A model generated the notes under the pieces. It searched no databases. It was not told the DNA's origin and saw only the letters and a program-made list of their open reading frames with translations. Made by a program: the position numbers and the translations under genes. A stretch of 62,274 nucleotides of DNA, from assembly GCA_964430425.1 (NCBI GenBank), contig CAYSFX010000001.1:30419-92692 (forward strand), in the 5' to 3' direction. The DNA comes from an uncultured bacterium (lineage in GTDB: Bacteria > Deinococcota > Deinococci > Deinococcales > Deinococcaceae). How positions within the stretch are numbered: the first letter of the stretch is position 1; each line of letters opens with the position of its first letter. Positions 61,528 through 62,274 of the stretch are shown piece after piece.

Positions 61528-61824
61528 GTGTCCAGCCTGCGGCAGCGTTTTCCTGGTTTAGTCCCCCCAGAGGCCAGCCTCGCCTACCGGAACGGCGATG
61601 AGCGCCGGGCGGCCACACTGCTGCACCGTGCCCGCCAGCAGCTTTCCCCTGGCAGCGCCGAATGGGCGATTCTGGAACGCCTGGAGGGACTGCTCTGGAT
61701 TGCCGTTCAGCGGGAGGTCGAGGGCACGTTCGCGCTGGACCGGGCCGACCGGGTGCTCGACGCCCTCGGCGTCTGCTCGCCGGACCTGGGCTACCCGGAC
61801 CTCGACTGGCTGGAGGACGTCTGA
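61528..61824 (+). CDS. Hypothetical helical (TPR-like) protein
   Basis: ORF fills the gap after mqnP on the same strand; WAILERLEG...[13 protein letters not shown]. Confidence 0.55.
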   Translation: MSSLRQRFPGLVPPEASLAYRNGDERRAATLLHRARQQLSPGSAEWAILERLEGLLWIAVQREVEGTFALDRADRVLDALGVCSPDLGYPDLDWLEDV

Positions 61825-61863
61825 GCGGCGTCCGGGAACGGCGGCCTCTATAGTGGCAGGCAG

Positions 61864-62274
61864 ATGATCGAGATCTCGCCCGAGGAATTCAAAGAACGGC
61901 ACCGGCAGTACGCCGCCTCCGGGCTGATCTATCCGCAGCCTGAAGGCAGTCCCCTGCTGGAATTCGCGGCCGGGGGCCGGGTGCTGTATCTGCTCGACCG
62001 CTGCGGTCCGTATTCGGTGAAGCCCGGCCCGGCGCAGGTGATCGTGAACGGGGTGCTCAGCCGCTGCGAGCGACTGCCGGACGAGCACGGGGCCGAGAGT
62101 CTGACCGTGGTGGGCGTCTCGAGCCTCGAAGGCGTCGGGCAGGTGCTCGAACGACCCCGCGGCGGCGCCCCCACGCTGGTGGTCCGTGCGCGGCTGACGC
62201 TGGTCCTGAACGCCCACGCACCCCTCGAAGGGGTGAACCCCGGCGACTGGATCAGTTTTGCCACCGAGGCCCCG
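61864..62274 (+). CDS. Hypothetical protein, truncated by the window end
   Basis: -10 TATAGT upstream; open frame [34 protein letters not shown] continues to the end of the window with host-like codon use. Confidence 0.65.
   Translation, partial: MIEISPEEFKERHRQYAASGLIYPQPEGSPLLEFAAGGRVLYLLDRCGPYSVKPGPAQVIVNGVLSRCERLPDEHGAESLTVVGVSSLEGVGQVLERPRGGAPTLVVRARLTLVLNAHAPLEGVNPGDWISFATEAP

Overview
62 kb of high-GC chromosome, most consistent with a Deinococcus species: it has a V/A-type ATPase operon, tandem Skp/OmpH genes, futalosine-type mqnP, and many leaderless genes with a TAnnnT box 5-8 nt before the start codon. Most of the window is housekeeping: rqcH, gap-pgk-tpiA, truB, ltaE, apbC/mrp with a SufR-like regulator, guaA, pyrD, valS with a Val T-box, purM, mraY/murF, the complete V-ATPase operon and mqnP. 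I saw no rRNA, tRNA, CRISPR array, integrase or transposase. The standout is a four-gene accessory cassette at 21651-27080, between pyrD and a SnoaL-like gene/valS. It holds an Afp15/Pvc15-like (extracellular contractile injection system, eCIS-type) AAA+ ATPase, transcribed divergently from a signal-peptide-less 696-aa protein with GH73 and C39-like peptidase domains, followed by two small exported proteins that look like immunity factors. No tail, sheath or baseplate genes occur in the window, so this looks like an orphan ATPase/effector/immunity module. Other items of note: a NUDIX gene between the Val T-box and valS, a membrane pseudokinase-like protein, a NIPSNAP-VOC fusion inside the glycolytic operon, and several candidate operators. 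All family assignments come from motif recognition by eye; no database searches were run.
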